A stretch of DNA of 64,000 nucleotides from Candidatus Omnitrophota bacterium (GCA_018813905.1 JAHJAO010000086.1:702-64701); one strand, 5' to 3'; shown: positions 1 to 11,161, counted from the stretch's first letter. Made by a program: numbers and translations. The notes: generated by a model not told the origin, from the sequence alone.

Positions 1-394
1 AGCCTTTGGCGTCGGTATTTATATATCCTACCCCATCACCCATTTTCTTCACCGTGTTTACCGCGCCGGATATCCGGACATGAGAACCAACATCTATTGG
101 AGCTAAATTCTTAGAAAAATTTTTTTCAATTATTTCCCGCGCTCTGACTTTATGCGGAATGGTTATATTAAAACCTAAAATATCGCTTGTGCGATAAGGC
201 TTGCCTGTAATATCTTTTACTTCTATATCCTTCAGCAAAAAATCCTCCAGCTTTTCCGGTTTTACTTCGAACAATTCATACCGGGCATTAATACCGAGGC
301 GTTCAAACGCCGCGTTATGCATTGCCTTGGAAAAGCTGTGCTTTACCGGATAGCCGATGAGGCCGTATGTTTGGGGTGAGCTGGAATGTTTCAT
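1..394 (-). CDS. aroE: shikimate dehydrogenase, N-terminal part (3' end runs off the window)
   Basis: Manual minus-strand translation from the ATG at 394 gives MKHSSSPQTYGLIGYPVKHSFSKAMHNAAFERLGINARYELFEV...GFNITIPHK...AVNT, the AroE N-terminal substrate-binding signature. Start is 4 nt downstream of the leuA stop. Confidence 0.8.
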   Translation of the reverse strand, partial: MKHSSSPQTYGLIGYPVKHSFSKAMHNAAFERLGINARYELFEVKPEKLEDFLLKDIEVKDITGKPYRTSDILGFNITIPHKVRAREIIEKNFSKNLAPIDVGSHVRISGAVNTVKKMGDGVGYINTDAKG

Positions 395-397
395 GTC

Positions 398-1936
398 CTA
401 CAATCTTATCCTGCGCGCGGCTTTGGTTTTGAACAAAAACCGGTTGATAACGTTAAGATACGCCTTGACGGAAGCTTCAATAATATCGGTGCTGGCAGCT
501 CTACCGGAAATCTCCTGCTTCGCCACCTTTAATTTTATATTCACTTCACCCAAAGCGTCTTTTCCGGAAGTTATCGCTTGAATGGAATAATCAATTAATT
601 TCGCCCGGATTTTGGTAATCTTTTCAATCGCCCTGTAGCAGGCATCCACCGGGCCGTCGCCGTAAGAGGTCGCCTCGTACGCCTTATTCTTCTTCCCAAG
701 GCAAACGGTGGCCTGCGGGTTGATTTGCGTGCCGCCGCAGAATTTAAAACTTTTAATCGCCCAAACCCGGGGCAGTTCTTTCATCTGTTCTTCCACGATA
801 GAAATCAAATCTTCCTCGAAAATCTCTTTTTTCTTATCCGCGAGCTTTTTGAACCGGCCAAACGCGTTTTCAAGCTGCTGCTTATTTAGTTTAAAGCCCA
901 ACAGTTTCAGCCGTTCAATTAGGGCGTGCCGGCCGGAATGTTTGCCCAGAACAAGCCCCTCTCCGTAAAAGCCGACATCTTCGGGCCGGATAATTTCATA
1001 GGTCTGTCTTTTTTTTAACACTCCGTCCTGATGAATTCCGGATTCGTGGCGGAAGGCATTACCTCCGACAATCGCCTTGTTCGGGGCGACAACAAAACCG
1101 GTTAACTTGCTCACCAGGCGGCTGGTTTTGTAAATCTGTTTTGTGTCGATACCAGTTGTTTTGCCTTCAAAAAATTCCTTTCGGGTATTCAAGCTCAAAA
1201 CAAGTTCTTCAAGCGCGGCGTTTCCCGCGCGTTCGCCGATGCCGTTGACCGTGCATTCTACTTGTCTTGCTCCGTTCTTTATCGCGCCTAGAGAATTCGC
1301 CACGGCCAGCCCTAAATCATTATGGCAGTGTACGGATATTATCGCCCGGGAAATATTGGGCACATTATTACAAATCGCCCGGATAAGTTCGCCGAACTCG
1401 CCCGGCTGCGCGTACCCTACGGTATCCGGGATATTCACCGTGGTCGCGCCGGCGTCAATTACCTCTTCAATAACGCGGAACAAAAACTCTCTTTCGGTGC
1501 GCGACGCATCCTCGGGTGAAAATTCGATATCGTTACAAAAACGGCGCGCGTACTTTACCGCCGCCTGCGCGATCTTTATTATTTCCGCCTCGGCCTTTTT
1601 CAATTTGTATTTCATGTGGATTTTGGAGGTGGCCAAAAATACGTGGATACGCTTTCTCTTTGCCGGCGCGAGCGCCGCGGCCGCGGCGTCAATATCTTTA
1701 TTCAAAGACCGCGCCAAACCGCAAATCGTCGCTCCCTTTACCCTTCGGGCGATCTGCTTAACCGAATCAAAATCACCGGGTGACGATACCGGAAATCCGG
1801 CCTCGATAATATCGACGCCCAGGCGCACCAATTGATGGGCAACTTCTATCTTCTCCTGAACGCTCAGACTTGCCCCCGGCGCCTGCTCGCCGTCTCTTAA
1901 TGTCGTATCAAATATATATATTCTCTCGCCAGCCAT
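398..1936 (-). CDS. leuA: 2-isopropylmalate synthase (LeuA/CimA family)
   Basis: 512-aa ORF. N-terminus IYIFDTTLRDGEQAPGASL plus HCHNDLGLAVANSL are the DRE-TIM metallolyase motifs of LeuA. Has the C-terminal regulatory domain. Sits in the ilv context. Confidence 0.85.
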   Translation of the reverse strand: MAGERIYIFDTTLRDGEQAPGASLSVQEKIEVAHQLVRLGVDIIEAGFPVSSPGDFDSVKQIARRVKGATICGLARSLNKDIDAAAAALAPAKRKRIHVFLATSKIHMKYKLKKAEAEIIKIAQAAVKYARRFCNDIEFSPEDASRTEREFLFRVIEEVIDAGATTVNIPDTVGYAQPGEFGELIRAICNNVPNISRAIISVHCHNDLGLAVANSLGAIKNGARQVECTVNGIGERAGNAALEELVLSLNTRKEFFEGKTTGIDTKQIYKTSRLVSKLTGFVVAPNKAIVGGNAFRHESGIHQDGVLKKRQTYEIIRPEDVGFYGEGLVLGKHSGRHALIERLKLLGFKLNKQQLENAFGRFKKLADKKKEIFEEDLISIVEEQMKELPRVWAIKSFKFCGGTQINPQATVCLGKKNKAYEATSYGDGPVDACYRAIEKITKIRAKLIDYSIQAITSGKDALGEVNIKLKVAKQEISGRAASTDIIEASVKAYLNVINRFLFKTKAARRIRL

Positions 1937-1942
1937 TTTATT

Positions 1943-2962
<1,020 letters not shown>

Positions 2963-2973
2963 TTATTAACAAA

Positions 2974-4047
2974 TTATCTTTGTTCTTCTGCTCTCTTGAC
3001 TAACGTGTTTAATTCCTCTTCATCCAGCGTATGTTTTAATGCCTCGGCGTAACTGATTTTACCTTTTTCCACCAGCTCGCTTAAAGACTGGTTCATGGTT
3101 TTCATACCGTATTTTCTTCCCGTCTGAACCAGGGAATATATTTGATGGAGCTGGTTTTCCCGGATTAAATTTTGAATCGCCGGCATAACCGTCATCACTT
3201 CCGTCGCCAGGCACCGGCCGGTACCGCGCACGTCGGGAACAAGCTTTTGCACGAGCACGCCGATCAAGACCAAAGAAAGCTGTACTCTAATCTGCTGCTG
3301 CTGATAAGCCGGAAAAACATCCACGATCCGGGTAATAGAATGGGTACAGCTACCGGTATGCAGCGTCGCCAAAATCAGGTGCCCGGTTTCCGCCAGCGTC
3401 AACGCCGCCTGAATCGTTTCCAAATCTCTCATCTCGCCGATAACGACAATATCCGGATCCTGACGGAACACGTGCTTAAGCGCCTCCTGATATGAAAGCG
3501 TATCCGTTCCCAACTGCCTCTGGTTTATCGTGCTTAAATTGTGTTTATGCAAATACTCTATGGGGTCTTCGATCGCAATAATATGCGCGTGCCTTTTCTT
3601 GTTTATATAATTTATTATCGCCGCCTGCGTGGTTGATTTACCGCTGCCGGTCGCGCCGGTTATCAATACTAAGCCGCTGGGCTTATCCGCATAGTCTTTT
3701 ACAATCTCCGGCAGCGTCAATTCTTCAATCGTCGGGATGCGAAACGGAATAACTCTCGCGGCCATGGCAATAGAATCGCGCTGGTAATAGAGATTTATGC
3801 GGAACCGGCTGAGGTCACGAATCCCCCAGGAAAAATCCAGCTCTTTTTCCCGTTCAAACCGTTCAATCTGCTCTTTTGTCAATATATCGTAACACATGCT
3901 TTTAATATCTTGCGGCGAAAGCGGCTCAAAATCGGTATAAATAAGGTTACCCGCTACTCGCAACTGCGGCGCAATACCAACGGTAAGATGCAGGTCCGAA
4001 GCTCCCTTTTCTACGATTAACCGCAAAAGCTGTTCGATATTCAGCAT
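2974..4047 (-). CDS. pilT: type IV pilus retraction ATPase PilT (PilT/PilU family)
   Basis: 357 aa. Walker A GATGSGKSTT, typical PilT N-terminal domain and His box. Sits between ilvN and ilvC. Confidence 0.85.
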   Translation of the reverse strand: MLNIEQLLRLIVEKGASDLHLTVGIAPQLRVAGNLIYTDFEPLSPQDIKSMCYDILTKEQIERFEREKELDFSWGIRDLSRFRINLYYQRDSIAMAARVIPFRIPTIEELTLPEIVKDYADKPSGLVLITGATGSGKSTTQAAIINYINKKRHAHIIAIEDPIEYLHKHNLSTINQRQLGTDTLSYQEALKHVFRQDPDIVVIGEMRDLETIQAALTLAETGHLILATLHTGSCTHSITRIVDVFPAYQQQQIRVQLSLVLIGVLVQKLVPDVRGTGRCLATEVMTVMPAIQNLIRENQLHQIYSLVQTGRKYGMKTMNQSLSELVEKGKISYAEALKHTLDEEELNTLVKRAEEQR

Positions 4048-4076
4048 TTTATACCCCGTGCAAATATAAGCAATTT

Positions 4077-4550
4077 TTATTTAGCGATCGCCACGCGGCC
4101 GGTCCGGACAAGTTCACAAATCTTCATCCCGCCTAAAGCCGCAAGCAGCGCGCTGATTTCATCTTTATCGCCGACGGCTTCGATAACCGCCTTTTTGCCC
4201 TCATAAGATAAAACCTTCGCGGAAAATTTATCCGTTAACTTATGCAGTTTTTGTTTGGAGCAGGAAGAGGAATCAACCTTTATCAACACCAGTTCCCGTT
4301 CAAAAAACCCTTTCTTGGTCAAATCTTCCACGCTAATAACATCAATCAGTTTATGCAGCTGTTTTTTTATCTGCTCCAGAATCCGTTCGTCTTTCGCGTC
4401 GACAATTATGGTCATACGCGAGATGGTCGGGTCATGCGTTTCGCCTACCGCTAATGAATCAATATTAAAGGCGCGGGCGCTGAACAGGCCGGATATGCGC
4501 GCAAGCACTCCGGGCCGGTTTTCAACCAAGGCAAAAATTGTGTGTTTCAT
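4077..4550 (-). CDS. ilvN: acetolactate synthase small (regulatory) subunit
   Basis: ACT-domain N-terminus MKHTIFALVENRPGVLARISGLFSARAFNIDSLAVG. AGGAGAG SD 7 nt upstream of ATG at 4550. Immediately downstream of ilvB. Confidence 0.9.
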   Translation of the reverse strand: MKHTIFALVENRPGVLARISGLFSARAFNIDSLAVGETHDPTISRMTIIVDAKDERILEQIKKQLHKLIDVISVEDLTKKGFFERELVLIKVDSSSCSKQKLHKLTDKFSAKVLSYEGKKAVIEAVGDKDEISALLAALGGMKICELVRTGRVAIAK

Positions 4551-4569
4551 TATTATCTCTCCTGCTAAC

Positions 4570-6243
4570 TTATGCCATTCCGCCAATCATTCTATTTATC
4601 GCTTCACCCGCCGGAACCATGGGAAAAACATTTTCTTCCTCTTCCACAACAAAGTCGATAAACACCACATTCGGCGCGGCGATCGCCTCTTCAATTGCTT
4701 TTTCTACGTCCTGCTTTTTCTCGACGCGGAGACCTAACGCCCCGTAACTTTCGGCCAGTTTCACAAAATCCGGGTTCAGCAGCTTTGTATGCGAATACCT
4801 CTTTTTATAAAACAGCTCCTGCCATTGCCGCACCATGCCCAGATACCCGTTATTGAGAATAGCGACTTTAACATTAATTTTGCTCGCAATGGCGGTGGCG
4901 AGTTCCTGGATATTCATTTGAATCGAGCCGTCGCCGGCGATATCAAACACTACCTTATCCGGCCGGCCGATTTTCGCGCCGATAGCGGCCGGGAATCCGT
5001 AGCCCATGGTCCCCAACCCGCCGGAAGAGATGAACGTACGCGGCTTGGTATATGTATAATACTGGGCCGCCCACATCTGGTTCTGGCCCACTTCCGTACA
5101 GATAATCGCGTCTCCCTTGGTTGCTTTATAAATCTGCTCGACCGCATACTGCGGAGTTATTTTATCCCCTTTATCTTTATAGGTGAGCGGGTAACGCCGC
5201 TTCCATTCCCTAATCCGCTCAAGCCATTCTTTTGTCTGTCCCGCTTTTACCAGGCGATTCAGTTTAACCAATACGTTTTTAACATCGCCCACGATGGGAA
5301 CATGCACATGCACGTTCTTGCTTATCGCGGTGGGGTCGATATCGATATGGATAATTTTTGCGTGCGGCGCGAATTCGTCAATCTTACCGGTTACGCGGTC
5401 GTCAAAACGCGCGCCAATAGCAATAATCAAATCGCTTTCCATAACCGCATGGTTGGCGTAGACCGTTCCGTGCATGCCCAGCATCCCTAAGGACAAATCA
5501 TTATCCTCGGGGAATCCGCCCAGGCCCATTAACGTCGTCGTCACCGGCGCTTGAACCTTTATCGCCAGCTCCAACAGCTCTTCGGACGCGCCGCTGATAA
5601 TCACCCCGCCCCCGGCATAGATTATCGGCCGCTTGCTCTGATTGATTAATTTAGCCGCTTTTTTTATCTGGCCCGGATGGCCTTCGAGCGTCGGCTGGTA
5701 AGAACGGATACACACCGTATGCGGATAATTAAATTCCGCCAACTGCATCTGTACGTCTACCGGCACATCAATCACCACCGGCCCCGGCCGGCCGGTAGAA
5801 GCGATATGAAACGCTTCCTTAATCGTGCAGGCCAGTTCGGATATATCTTTCACCAGATAGTTATGCTTGGTTATCGGCCGGGTTATGCCCGTAACATCCG
5901 CTTCCTGAAAAGCATCATTGCCGATGAGGAATGTTTTTACCTGGCCCGTTATTGCCACCATCGGTATTGAATCCATATGCGCCGTAGCCAGTCCCGTTAC
6001 CAGATTCGTCGCGCCCGGGCCAGAGGTAGCAATACAAACGCCCACTTTACCGGTCGCGCGCGCATATCCGTCGGCGGCATGCGCCGCGCCCTGTTCATGC
6101 CGGACAAGCACAAAATCCAAAGGCGCATCGTAGAGCGCGTCAAACAGCGGCAATACCGAACCGCCGGGAAATCCAAAAACCACGCGCACACCTTCTTTAA
6201 GCAGAGATTCAATCAGAATCTGCGCTCCGTTTTTCTTTTCCAT
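4570..6243 (-). CDS. ilvB: acetolactate synthase large subunit (ThDP-dependent)
   Basis: 557 aa. ThDP-binding GDGS...N motif, FAD domain, typical AHAS N-terminus. Followed by ilvN. Confidence 0.9.
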   Translation of the reverse strand: MEKKNGAQILIESLLKEGVRVVFGFPGGSVLPLFDALYDAPLDFVLVRHEQGAAHAADGYARATGKVGVCIATSGPGATNLVTGLATAHMDSIPMVAITGQVKTFLIGNDAFQEADVTGITRPITKHNYLVKDISELACTIKEAFHIASTGRPGPVVIDVPVDVQMQLAEFNYPHTVCIRSYQPTLEGHPGQIKKAAKLINQSKRPIIYAGGGVIISGASEELLELAIKVQAPVTTTLMGLGGFPEDNDLSLGMLGMHGTVYANHAVMESDLIIAIGARFDDRVTGKIDEFAPHAKIIHIDIDPTAISKNVHVHVPIVGDVKNVLVKLNRLVKAGQTKEWLERIREWKRRYPLTYKDKGDKITPQYAVEQIYKATKGDAIICTEVGQNQMWAAQYYTYTKPRTFISSGGLGTMGYGFPAAIGAKIGRPDKVVFDIAGDGSIQMNIQELATAIASKINVKVAILNNGYLGMVRQWQELFYKKRYSHTKLLNPDFVKLAESYGALGLRVEKKQDVEKAIEEAIAAPNVVFIDFVVEEEENVFPMVPAGEAINRMIGGMA

Positions 6244-6254
6244 AACCTATTTCC

Positions 6255-7925
6255 TTATTTTTCCAGTACCGCACCGAAACTGGCGGAACTAACCATTTTA
6301 GCGTAGCGTTTTAACCAGCCCTTGTTAATTTTAGGAGCGGGGTGCCTGACTTTTTTTAAGCGCTGGAATAAATCGTGCTTGGTGATTAATAATTCCAGCT
6401 TTCTCCTTTTTATATCGATAAGGATCCGGTCCCCGTTTTTAATCGCCGAAATCGGCCCGTCGGACGCGGCTTCCGGAGAAATATGGCCAATGCACGGCCC
6501 GCGCGTACCGCCGGAAAACCGTCCGTCGGTAATTAAAGCCACATCCTGCGCCAGCCCCATACCCATAATCGCGGCCGTGGGCGCAAGCATTTCTCTCATG
6601 CCCGGGCCTCCTTTGGGCCCTTCATACCGCACAACCAGCACCGACCCTTTCCTCACCCGGCCGGCTAAAATATCTTTCATCACCGCTTCTTCGCTGTTAT
6701 ACACGCAAGCCCGGCCCTTAAAGCACATCATTTTCCGGCTCACGGCCGTCTGCTTTACGACCGCGCCTTCCGGCGCCAGATTCCCGAACAGTATCGCCAT
6801 ACCGCCTTCTTGATGGTAAGCGCGTTTAAGCGGCCGGATAACATCCTCATCAAAAATCTCCGCTTCCGCGGCAATCTGCTTTATTTTCTTTCCGGAAACC
6901 GTAAGGTTGTCCTGCAGTTTTTCCTTCAAGCGTTTTAACACCGCGGGTATTCCGCCGGCAAATTCCAAGTCCTCCATAAAATATTCCCCGCCCGGACGTA
7001 AATCCGTAATATGCGGAGTGGACTTGCTGATCTGGTCAAACCGGCCTAAAGACAAGTCGATATTGCATTCGTTCGCAATCGCCAGAAGATGCAAAATCGT
7101 ATTGCTCGAACCGCCCAAAGCCATATCCACGCGGATAGCGTTTTCCAGAGATTTCTTGTTCATGATCTTTAACGCGCTTGTTTTATTTTTTACAAGCTGG
7201 ACAATTCTCTCCCCGCTCGCCTGCGCGATCCGTTTTTTCTTCGCCATGCCCGCAAGCCCCGTCGCGCACCCCGGCAGCGACATGCCCATGGCTTCGGTAA
7301 TACAGGCCATGGTATTCGCCGTATATAATCCCTGACACGAGCCCTGGCCCGGGCAGGCCTCCATCTCCAGGCACGAAAGCTCCTTGTTTGTAATCTCGCC
7401 CTTTTTTGCTTTTGCCAAAGCCTCGAACGTATCCCGCACAAAAGATAACCGCTTCATCTTGTACCGGCCGGATAACATCGGGCCGGCGGTAACGATTATC
7501 ACCGGGATATCCAACCGGGCCGCGGCCATAAGCATCGCCGGCGTTATCTTATCGCAATTAGTCAGGCAAACCAGCCCGTCGACACAATGCGCTTTGACCA
7601 CGGACTCGATACAGTCCGCGATTAACTCCCGCGACGCCAGCGGATAATGCATGCCCTCATGCCCCATGGCAATACCGTCACATATTCCCGGCACGCCAAA
7701 GAAAAACGGCACTCCGCCCTGGCTGCAAATACCGCGTTCGATAAACCGTTCCAAATCCCGCATGCCCACATGTCCGGGTATAAAATCGCTAAAAGAAGTA
7801 GCTACGGCAATAAAGGGCTTATTCATGTCCGGCCGGGAAATCCCCGTACCGAACAAAAGCGCCCGGTGCGGAGCACGTTCATACCCTTTGGTTATCTTTT
7901 CGCTTTTTAACATCATCATAACCAC
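6255..7925 (-). CDS. ilvD: dihydroxy-acid dehydratase
   Basis: 556 aa. RAPHRALL N-terminal motif, [15 protein letters not shown] and Fe-S ligand cysteines of the IlvD/EDD family. Confidence 0.9.
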   Translation of the reverse strand: MVMMMLKSEKITKGYERAPHRALLFGTGISRPDMNKPFIAVATSFSDFIPGHVGMRDLERFIERGICSQGGVPFFFGVPGICDGIAMGHEGMHYPLASRELIADCIESVVKAHCVDGLVCLTNCDKITPAMLMAAARLDIPVIIVTAGPMLSGRYKMKRLSFVRDTFEALAKAKKGEITNKELSCLEMEACPGQGSCQGLYTANTMACITEAMGMSLPGCATGLAGMAKKKRIAQASGERIVQLVKNKTSALKIMNKKSLENAIRVDMALGGSSNTILHLLAIANECNIDLSLGRFDQISKSTPHITDLRPGGEYFMEDLEFAGGIPAVLKRLKEKLQDNLTVSGKKIKQIAAEAEIFDEDVIRPLKRAYHQEGGMAILFGNLAPEGAVVKQTAVSRKMMCFKGRACVYNSEEAVMKDILAGRVRKGSVLVVRYEGPKGGPGMREMLAPTAAIMGMGLAQDVALITDGRFSGGTRGPCIGHISPEAASDGPISAIKNGDRILIDIKRRKLELLITKHDLFQRLKKVRHPAPKINKGWLKRYAKMVSSASFGAVLEK

Positions 7926-7967
7926 CCCTTTTTTTAAAAAGATATAACGCCTTAAATAGAGTACCGA

Positions 7968-8783
7968 TTACTGATTAACCAGGATATTTATCTTGCCAAT
8001 TTTCTCGGTTAGCGCCTCTAAAGCCGTCCCGATAACCATGCCCGGCATAATTTCCTCTATCCCGGCGCGCATTGCGTGCCCGGGCAAAGACGACGTAACC
8101 AGCAAATCCCCTTTTTGTATGGGCCCGTTTTCCGCGGTTACCTTGCAGGAAACAATCCCGGCCAGGGCCACGGCTTGACTGTCCGCAGCCGCACCTAAGA
8201 GCAGCCGGGGATTTTCGGAAATCACGCCCGCAACTTTCGTGTCAAATTTATGTACAGAACGGGTTACGGTCAGCTCTTCCTGCTCGCTGATGACCACGAC
8301 ATCGGCAACAGCCGCTTCTTTCGCCCGCATGCCTTCGGCAATATCATATACGTGTTTTCCCGCAATCGGCGGAGAATTCGTATCCGGAGGAAAGCCTTCC
8401 ATTGTAATCCTATTCGCGGTCGTCAAGTTAAGCAATTGCCCATTTCCGGTATAGAAGTCAATACTGTAAGCGCCCGAGCCCACTCCGGCAGAACTGATAT
8501 TGGTCATATCAATACCGCCCGCACAAGTAAGCGCGTATAAGTACGAGCGGCCAGCCGGGTCAAGATAATATGCGGCATTCTCCAGGTCCTGAAAAATATG
8601 TGTTCTTATTTTATTATAAGCCGCAACTGCATACTGAATCCTGTATGTTTTTATGGCAATTGTTTTCTGGCTTCCGGCTTGCGCAAAACAAACCGGGTCC
8701 GTTATAACCCACTCTATGCCTAAGGCGATAAATAATACGATAAATATCCGATACATTATATGCTTTTTTACTGCTCTTTTCAT
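7968..8783 (-). CDS. exported protein of unknown family, paralog B of a tandem pair (signal peptide)
   Basis: 271 aa. N-terminal signal peptide. Shares PIAGKHVYDIAE, VAGVISENP.L.LG and LAGIV.CKVTAENGPI..GDLLVTSSL.G.AMRA blocks with the upstream paralog. 4-bp overlap with it. Confidence 0.6.
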   Translation of the reverse strand: MKRAVKKHIMYRIFIVLFIALGIEWVITDPVCFAQAGSQKTIAIKTYRIQYAVAAYNKIRTHIFQDLENAAYYLDPAGRSYLYALTCAGGIDMTNISSAGVGSGAYSIDFYTGNGQLLNLTTANRITMEGFPPDTNSPPIAGKHVYDIAEGMRAKEAAVADVVVISEQEELTVTRSVHKFDTKVAGVISENPRLLLGAAADSQAVALAGIVSCKVTAENGPIQKGDLLVTSSLPGHAMRAGIEEIMPGMVIGTALEALTEKIGKINILVNQ

Positions 8784-9598
8784 TGCTTATTTACCAGGAT
8801 AAATATTTTTCCTTTGCCTTCTGTATGCGGCTGTAACGCCTTGCCCAGCAGCATACCCGGTTTTATCTGCCCGGCCGCGGCGCGCATAGCATACCCGGCT
8901 AAAGATGAAGTTACCAGCAAATCTCCGTTTTTAATCGGCCCGTTCTCGGCGGTTACCTTGCATTTAACAATACCTGCCAACGCCAGCGGCAGCTCTCCTT
9001 CGCCTTGGCCCAGGCATAACTTTGGGTCCTCGGAAATGACCCCGGCAACGCGAGTATCATACGGGATTTGAGACCTGGCCAGGACACAGTCTTTGTCCTG
9101 GCTGATAACGACGGTATCGCCGGGCTGGCAATCCTTCGCGCTGATAGATTCGGCAATATCATATACGTGTTTTCCCGCAATCGGCGGGTTTGTGCCTCCC
9201 GGAGTTGCGGCGCCCATGGTAATCCTGTTTTGCACGGTCAAATTATTCAAGTACGCTCCGCCGCTTGAGAAATTAATACTGTATCCAGAAGCAGTTGATC
9301 CGATCATCGGCGTGTTAATGCCCGTAGCTATCTGAAGCTCCCGCATTTGGCTTGTGCCGTTGGGGTCAACCTTATAAGCCTGGTCGTCATAATCAAGCAG
9401 TACTCTTGCCTTTAAAGTAGTAAACTCGCCGAACGGAAACGGGTAAAACGTGGTTAAGGTAATCTGTTCCGGCGGGGATTGGGATATTGCCGATACCGAA
9501 TAGATAAGTAAACCCGCCAATACCAGCACAAAAAAAAGCAGCACATATTCCCAATTAACTTTTTTCGTGTTTTCGCGCGTTTGTTTAATTATGGACAT
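8780..9598 (-). CDS. membrane-anchored or exported protein of unknown family, paralog A of a tandem pair
   Basis: Start set at ATG 9598 (AGGAGG SD 8 nt upstream; track ORF begins earlier at 9676). 272 aa. N-terminal hydrophobic anchor VLLFFVLVLAGLLIY. Conserved C-terminal ~130-aa region shared with paralog B. Confidence 0.6.
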   Translation of the reverse strand: MSIIKQTRENTKKVNWEYVLLFFVLVLAGLLIYSVSAISQSPPEQITLTTFYPFPFGEFTTLKARVLLDYDDQAYKVDPNGTSQMRELQIATGINTPMIGSTASGYSINFSSGGAYLNNLTVQNRITMGAATPGGTNPPIAGKHVYDIAESISAKDCQPGDTVVISQDKDCVLARSQIPYDTRVAGVISEDPKLCLGQGEGELPLALAGIVKCKVTAENGPIKNGDLLVTSSLAGYAMRAAAGQIKPGMLLGKALQPHTEGKGKIFILVNKQ

Positions 9599-9678
9599 AA
9601 ATATCCGCCTCCTGAACTTTAAAATTAAACAGCTGTTTTCAAAGCCAACCCGCGTTTTATCTATTTCTTCCGGCAAAA

Positions 9679-10011
9679 TTACCGCCAGTTAGACACGATT
9701 GCCGTTATCCTCAACCCGGAAGGCACGTTTTCCTGGGCCAAGCTCACCTGGAGCCAATTGCCGACACCAAATAAATATTCGAGATTGAAACTATCGGTAC
9801 ACGCGGTACCGTTATAAAGCTCGGTAATACGGTGAACCAGGCCCGCTTCGGCGGCATAATAGCCCTGGGCGTGGTTGAGCTGATACACTACGGCTTGATT
9901 AAAACCGGCGGCGTAATACATAATCGCCACCGCGCAAATCGAAACCACCCCGATATAAACAAAGACCATAATCATCGCCTGCGCTCGGTTATTCTTATCC
10001 AACTTTTTCAT
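9679..10011 (-). CDS. PilX-like type IV pilus minor component (N-terminal PilX-type hydrophobic domain)
   Basis: 110 aa. N-terminal hydrophobic segment followed by AQGYYAAEAG, resembling the PilX N-terminal domain. Adjacent to two prepilin genes. Confidence 0.5.
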   Translation of the reverse strand: MKKLDKNNRAQAMIMVFVYIGVVSICAVAIMYYAAGFNQAVVYQLNHAQGYYAAEAGLVHRITELYNGTACTDSFNLEYLFGVGNWLQVSLAQENVPSGLRITAIVSNWR

Positions 10012-10069
10012 TTTTAACTCGTATCTTTTTAACTTATAACTTATAATTTGTAATTTATAACTCTAAATT

Positions 10070-10807
10070 TCACCAGTTATCATTAGTAGGTCCGCCGGCC
10101 CAGGGTTCGCAGGTATCTGCAGGCGCGCACCTTAAATTCAAAACCGTATATATCTTGGCTACAGTGTATTCACCGGACACCGGCTCAAGGACTTTACCTG
10201 TAACCTCTAATTCCACCATCAACGCATTAAAACTGATTTTACGAAAATCCAGTTTGCTCACGTTTCGGGCAACGACAAAACCAGCGCTCTGGTTCGGCGC
10301 AATCGGCCCAATTGCGCTCTCGATACGAATTTCTCCCGTACTTGAATGGTATTGAATAAGTGTTATCTGATCATCGGTATAATCATCGGCCTGGGGGTCA
10401 ACCGCCGGGCCTAAAAAATCCGGCTGCTCGTCCTGGCGCAGGTATAAACAAACCGGATCATACCCGCCCCACCAGCTACTCGATATAATCTCAGTTCCCA
10501 AGGTCGGCATATCGGGGAAAGCGCTTAAATCCGTACCGCCGGCACTATAAACACTATTGGCCGGCGGAGACCAGGTTGGGCCCTGCACCCAGCCGTAGCG
10601 GTTCGCCTTCATTACTTCCTGGCTGATTGCCTTCATTGCCGATTGGGCGTTAGAATAAACCGTAAACGCGTCCTGCATAAACCGCAGGGAATTCAAAGCA
10701 AAATAAAAAATCACGCCGGTCGCGACCAGTAAAACCATCATGATTACCGCGCCGATTTGCAGCTCGATTAACGTCAATCCTTTTTGTCTATTATGCTTAT
10801 TGATCAT
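10070..10807 (-). CDS. prepilin-type minor pilin/pseudopilin (PilW/GspJ-like)
   Basis: 245 aa. N-terminus KGLTLIELQIGAVIMMVLL is the class III signal G|xTLIE with Glu at +5. Start overlaps the stop of the upstream pilin by 1 nt. Confidence 0.7.
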   Translation of the reverse strand: MINKHNRQKGLTLIELQIGAVIMMVLLVATGVIFYFALNSLRFMQDAFTVYSNAQSAMKAISQEVMKANRYGWVQGPTWSPPANSVYSAGGTDLSAFPDMPTLGTEIISSSWWGGYDPVCLYLRQDEQPDFLGPAVDPQADDYTDDQITLIQYHSSTGEIRIESAIGPIAPNQSAGFVVARNVSKLDFRKISFNALMVELEVTGKVLEPVSGEYTVAKIYTVLNLRCAPADTCEPWAGGPTNDNW

Positions 10808-11115
10808 TATTCTGTCCAGTTAACATTTACCGTAACCAACTGCATGGCTCCTAAATTGGTTACAGTTTCCGGGCGGGTAGCGTTTTTTGAGATCGTTATT
10901 GCGCTCGGTAAATTCTGTGTAAGACACCCCGCCCTTATTTCTTCTAATCTCGCCTGCGCCCAGAATACGGCCATGGATTTATGAAAACCCATGGCCACGA
11001 CATCGCGTGAATTCTTATACACCGCGAATAATCCGGCCAAAAGTATGGTCAAAATCATCGCGGAAATAATAACCTCAATAAGCGATAACCCCTTACAATT
11101 TAACAACTTCTTCAT
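10807..11115 (-). CDS. prepilin-type minor pilin/pseudopilin (PilV/GspI-like)
   Basis: 102 aa. N-terminus KGLSLIEVIISAMILTILLAGLF is the prepilin peptidase cleavage/methylation motif with E+5. Confidence 0.75.
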   Translation of the reverse strand: MKKLLNCKGLSLIEVIISAMILTILLAGLFAVYKNSRDVVAMGFHKSMAVFWAQARLEEIRAGCLTQNLPSAITISKNATRPETVTNLGAMQLVTVNVNWTE

Positions 11116-11161
11116 AAAAAAAACCTCTAGACGTTAAATTATAACACCCGTGTCTTCAATG

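Noticed and set aside
1143-1835. 230-aa plus-strand ORF
   Set aside because: Lies entirely antisense to the well-supported leuA. Ser/Ala/Pro-rich composition typical of antisense translation. No recognisable motifs.
4789-5490. 233-aa plus-strand ORF
   Set aside because: Antisense to ilvB. No motifs.
8780-8960. Hint/intein-like motif (CKVTAENGPIKNGDLLVTSS resembles the C...G..I..L..GD.VL block A of Hint domains) in the paralog C-termini
   Set aside because: Only ~60 residues remain after the Cys, far too short for a Hint fold, and no terminal HN/Asn motif. Treated as coincidental, though it could be checked by HHpred.
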